Assembly (NCBI GenBank): GCA_013314755.1
Contig: JABUFA010000001.1
Coordinates: 23,594 to 87,593 of the forward strand
DNA from: Chthonomonadia bacterium
GTDB lineage: Bacteria; Armatimonadota; HRBIN16
Length of the DNA stretch: 64,000 nt
Direction of reading: 5' to 3'
A program made the position numbers and the translations under genes. Positions within the stretch are counted from its first letter, which is position 1, and every line of letters starts with the position of its first letter. A model generated the notes under the pieces. That model was not told the origin of the DNA. It was given only the letters and a program-made list of their open reading frames with translations, and did no database searches. Shown here piece after piece: positions 61,341-64,000 of this stretch.

Positions 61341-61447
61341 GCGGCAGGGTACGTCTTTTTACTCACCACAAAGTACTTGGGCGTGGCAAGTGCACTCACC
61401 ATCAATCCCAGCGCCAGCAAGGTACTTACCAACCATCGGACCTTCAT
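61100..61447 (-). CDS. Small secreted CxxCH + EF-hand-like protein (tandem paralog)
   Basis: KCTVCHVKG and DSDKDGVSNGDE. The C-terminal ~80 codons are about 95% identical at nucleotide level to the downstream copy. Confidence 0.55.
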   Translation of the reverse strand: MKVRWLVSTLLALGLMVSALATPKYFVVSKKTYPAAPESDLTKAKCTVCHVKGKELNVYGKDLQKALQEKKTKDLTAEILKSIEKLDSDKDGVSNGDELKAGTLPGDPKSKPAGK

Positions 61448-61733
61448 TGGATATATCCCCCTTTATTTCGGTGAAATATTCACCCACTAATATTATATTA
61501 CAAATTTACCTGACTACATAGAGTAAGGGCGATTTTTTCTCTCAATTTCTATCGCCGCTTGCGCTTTCGTCCTGAGCCGCGCGTTCCCTTTGTTGCCCTG
61601 ACCTCCTATCGTTCCGGTTTCTCTTGCTATGCCGTTGATCCGATTCAGCCCCGAAGGCTGGCTCACAAAGGGGAACCCTTCCGTGCTTCACCCACGTAAC
61701 CTCCAAATTTTTCGTTTTTCCCGCGGAAAGATA

Positions 61734-61762
61734 TTGACGGGTTTGGTATGGTGTTTTATAAT
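61734..61762 (+). promoter_or_regulatory. Consensus sigma70-type promoter (TTGACG-17-TATAAT) for the pilin-like gene at 61820
   Basis: Read directly. Followed by a 5'UTR hairpin GTTAAGcccTTAAC and an AGGAGG RBS before GTG 61820. Confidence 0.55.
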
Positions 61763-61819
61763 TAAGAATAGGGTTAAGCCCTTAACTACATTCAAACAGA
61801 TCAAAGGAGGTGCACAGTC

Positions 61820-62770
61820 GTGAAGCGCGGTTTTACGCTCATTGAGCTGCTGGTGGTCATCGCGATTATCGCGATACTGGCAGCGATTTTGTTCCCCGTG
61901 TTCGCTCAGGCACGGGAGAAAGCCCGCCAGGCTTCCTGCCTCACCCACTTCAAGCAGGTGGGCACGGGCATCATGATGTACCTGCAGGATTACGACGAAA
62001 CCTTCCCCCACAACCGGACCTGGGGACCAACCGGGGCGGTGGTGCTCAACTGGAAGTACCGCATCCTGCCGTACATCAAGAACATGCAGATTTATGAGTG
62101 CCCGAACGCTCGCCCGCAAATATCGCGTATGCTCGGTGACACCCAGAATGCCTATCGTGGCTCACAGGCAGACGAAACATGGGCGCACTGCCATCCAAGC
62201 TCGCCGTGGTACCGCAACGACCCGTTCTGCAGTATCCTTCAGAGGGAGAACATTTGGTTCCCACGAGGATACACGGTGAACGGCGCAGTATTCCAGACAG
62301 GCGTTCAGCTCGACGCCAACGGCAACGCCGTTGCGGCAACCTATCAGCGGCAACTGTCTGACCTGGATGTGCCTGCGGAGACCATCTGGCTGCAGGATGC
62401 CCGCAACTACGAGTCCGATACCGGTCCATGGGCGCTGGTGCGGTGCTGGTGCGCTCCACCAGGCGACCCGTTGGGCGGGGATGTGCCAACAAGTGAGTCG
62501 CCCTGTGGCATCGTGCGCCAGTACGGCTGGCTGGTTAACCATCTCAAAGGTACGCACTTCGTGTTCGCTGACGGACACGTCAAGTGGACACGCATCCCCT
62601 CGGCAATTGGAAGTAACCTCTGGAAATGGCACTGCTTCCAGCGGCCAGGTGAGAAAACCTTTGCCGGTGGCGACAACGTAAAAGACTTCGATTCGAGCTA
62701 CTGTCGCCAGCCCAATCCGGATACCTGCCGCACGGTCGCTGGCATTCTGGTGGCGGCAGAGTACAAGTAG
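61820..62770 (+). CDS. Prepilin-type N-terminal cleavage/methylation domain protein, H-X9-DG (DUF1559) family
   Basis: [37 protein letters not shown]-terminus, C-terminal FADGHVKW. Consensus promoter and AGGAGG RBS upstream. Confidence 0.8.
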   Translation: MKRGFTLIELLVVIAIIAILAAILFPVFAQAREKARQASCLTHFKQVGTGIMMYLQDYDETFPHNRTWGPTGAVVLNWKYRILPYIKNMQIYECPNARPQISRMLGDTQNAYRGSQADETWAHCHPSSPWYRNDPFCSILQRENIWFPRGYTVNGAVFQTGVQLDANGNAVAATYQRQLSDLDVPAETIWLQDARNYESDTGPWALVRCWCAPPGDPLGGDVPTSESPCGIVRQYGWLVNHLKGTHFVFADGHVKWTRIPSAIGSNLWKWHCFQRPGEKTFAGGDNVKDFDSSYCRQPNPDTCRTVAGILVAAEYK

Positions 62771-62823
62771 TCTCGTGTAGGGGGTATCAGATTGCTGCCC
62801 GCAGAGGCTTCTCTGCGGGCATT

Positions 62824-64000
62824 TTACTTCTGTCCACGCGCCCGTTTCTTGGCGTCCAGCAGGCGGCTTATCTGCTCGCCCGACGAGGCGGGAGGTGTAG
62901 CGGATTGAGGGACTGGCTTCTCGTCTGTTGCCGCCGGCGTGGATAACGGCTCGTTTGCTGGCTGAGGCGGCGTGTACTTTTCACGCAGGCGTTGTTTGCG
63001 CTGGAGCAGTCGCGAGGTTGCCTCAGCGGTCTGCCGGGCGGAAGGTATCCATCGGAAGCGTCCTGTCAGCCTCGCCCATGCCTCCTGCCATTCGGGAAGC
63101 GTGTCCACCTGCCACAGGATGCGTCGCAGGGCGATATCTATCGGCAGAAGGAACAGCACCACGAACAGCAGGGGAATGCTTGCTTCCGATGGCACGCGCA
63201 CCGGCACACGCTGTGAGCCGAAAATCTCCTGCGGCGGCGGCTGCTGTTTGCCGCCGGTGAGTCGGGCAATCTGCTCCAGCAGGTCGGGGTTACTCTTCAG
63301 GTCGCGATATTCGGGCGAGTAGGCGATGGTGTCCGTGCCGATACTGACGCCGATGGTGCCGTTCGGGCGGCGGTATTGCGTGGCGACAACGTAGGTTCCG
63401 TAGCCCCGTGCGTCAAAGGAGGCTTCGTAGCGGGTGGCGCCCGTCTGCGATAGCACCAGCGGCACCACCTGACCGGTGGGCGCGATGAGTTTGGCGGAGA
63501 GCGAGTGGTTGTTGTTGTCCGCCGGTGCACGCAGGAGGTCCACCGCCACGTAGCCCTTGCCTCCCGAGATGTTGACCTGTGTACGCACGTCTTCAGCGGG
63601 CAGACTGCGCAGCACTGTTCGCACCGCACGCGCGGCAAAGGCAGGAAACTCGCCCCATTTCACCCACTGCGCGCACCACTTCGCCCAACCATCCGAAGTA
63701 AAAGCCATACCGCGCCCAACGCCATACTGCCATACCGCAAAGATGGGGTCTTCTTTGTGCGACAGCAGACCCAGCCGCGCGCCCGGCTTGGCAGTGGTGG
63801 TGTTGTAGCCCAGCAGGGGCGGTGAACCTTCCCAGCCGATGCCCGTCACAATCTCGTCGCCGGTGTAGCGCACGTAGAAGGGTTCTTCAATGAACTGCGC
63901 TTTGCTGGCAATCATCGCCTCTTTGGTGAAAATCTGCGGCAGGTTCGCCATGCGGTCGGTGAAGTAATAGCGTCCGCCCCCCGCCTTCGCCAGCTGCTGG
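62824..64000 (-). CDS. C-terminal part of a larger membrane-anchored hypothetical protein (continues beyond window)
   Basis: The open frame continues without a stop through position 64000. The C-terminal region has a TM helix (IPLLFVVLFLLPIDIAL) followed by a basic, proline-rich tail. Confidence 0.4.
   Translation of the reverse strand, partial: QQLAKAGGGRYYFTDRMANLPQIFTKEAMIASKAQFIEEPFYVRYTGDEIVTGIGWEGSPPLLGYNTTTAKPGARLGLLSHKEDPIFAVWQYGVGRGMAFTSDGWAKWCAQWVKWGEFPAFAARAVRTVLRSLPAEDVRTQVNISGGKGYVAVDLLRAPADNNNHSLSAKLIAPTGQVVPLVLSQTGATRYEASFDARGYGTYVVATQYRRPNGTIGVSIGTDTIAYSPEYRDLKSNPDLLEQIARLTGGKQQPPPQEIFGSQRVPVRVPSEASIPLLFVVLFLLPIDIALRRILWQVDTLPEWQEAWARLTGRFRWIPSARQTAEATSRLLQRKQRLREKYTPPQPANEPLSTPAATDEKPVPQSATPPASSGEQISRLLDAKKRARGQK

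Noticed and set aside
1-64000. tRNA/rRNA genes
   Set aside because: No T-loop-like GTTCGAATCC/GGTTCAAATCC motifs with appropriate acceptor-stem context, and no rRNA-like conserved blocks, were recognised by eye. Absence is not proven without tRNAscan.

Overview
This is a high-GC (~60%) bacterial chromosomal window of about 60 genes. Six prepilin-type H-X9-DG (DUF1559) proteins, tandem PEP-CTERM proteins and Kdo genes (kdsD/kdsC) point to a diderm PVC/Armatimonadetes-like organism. Core blocks are listed here. The alpha-glucan genes comprise a GH13 amylase, malQ and an embedded HEPN/MNT toxin-antitoxin pair. A complete molybdenum-cofactor operon is present (moaA, moaC-mogA fusion, tauE-like permease, moeA, moaD, moaE). 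A Pho cluster reads pstSCAB, secreted metallophosphoesterase, phoU. The yggS-sepF-proC cell-division cassette follows. The hydrogenase maturation genes hypC-hypD and hypE are split by an antisense PAS-GGDEF-CZB diguanylate cyclase. Carbohydrate-related genes include a sugar ABC transporter, a GH116 glycosidase with a divergent AraR-like regulator, a GH42-like enzyme and a LacI regulator. clpB and ppc are also present. The most unusual part is 48.9-53.5 kb. It holds a strongly GT-skewed, C-depleted ~400 bp tract, arrays of mosaic REP-like hairpin repeats (copies also at 26.6 kb and 56.4 kb) and a lower-GC islet. The islet carries an N-terminally truncated Rhs/YD-repeat C-terminal fragment with a Cys-rich hydrophobic tip, a polytopic membrane protein (candidate immunity), a short pilin-like gene and a Cys-rich secreted protein. 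Other points are a HAIR-like HspR operator over a consensus sigma70 promoter upstream of clpB, tandem duplicated small secreted CxxCH + EF-hand proteins, and tandem CHRD/PEP-CTERM paralogs. No CRISPR array, rRNA/tRNA genes or transposases were recognised.
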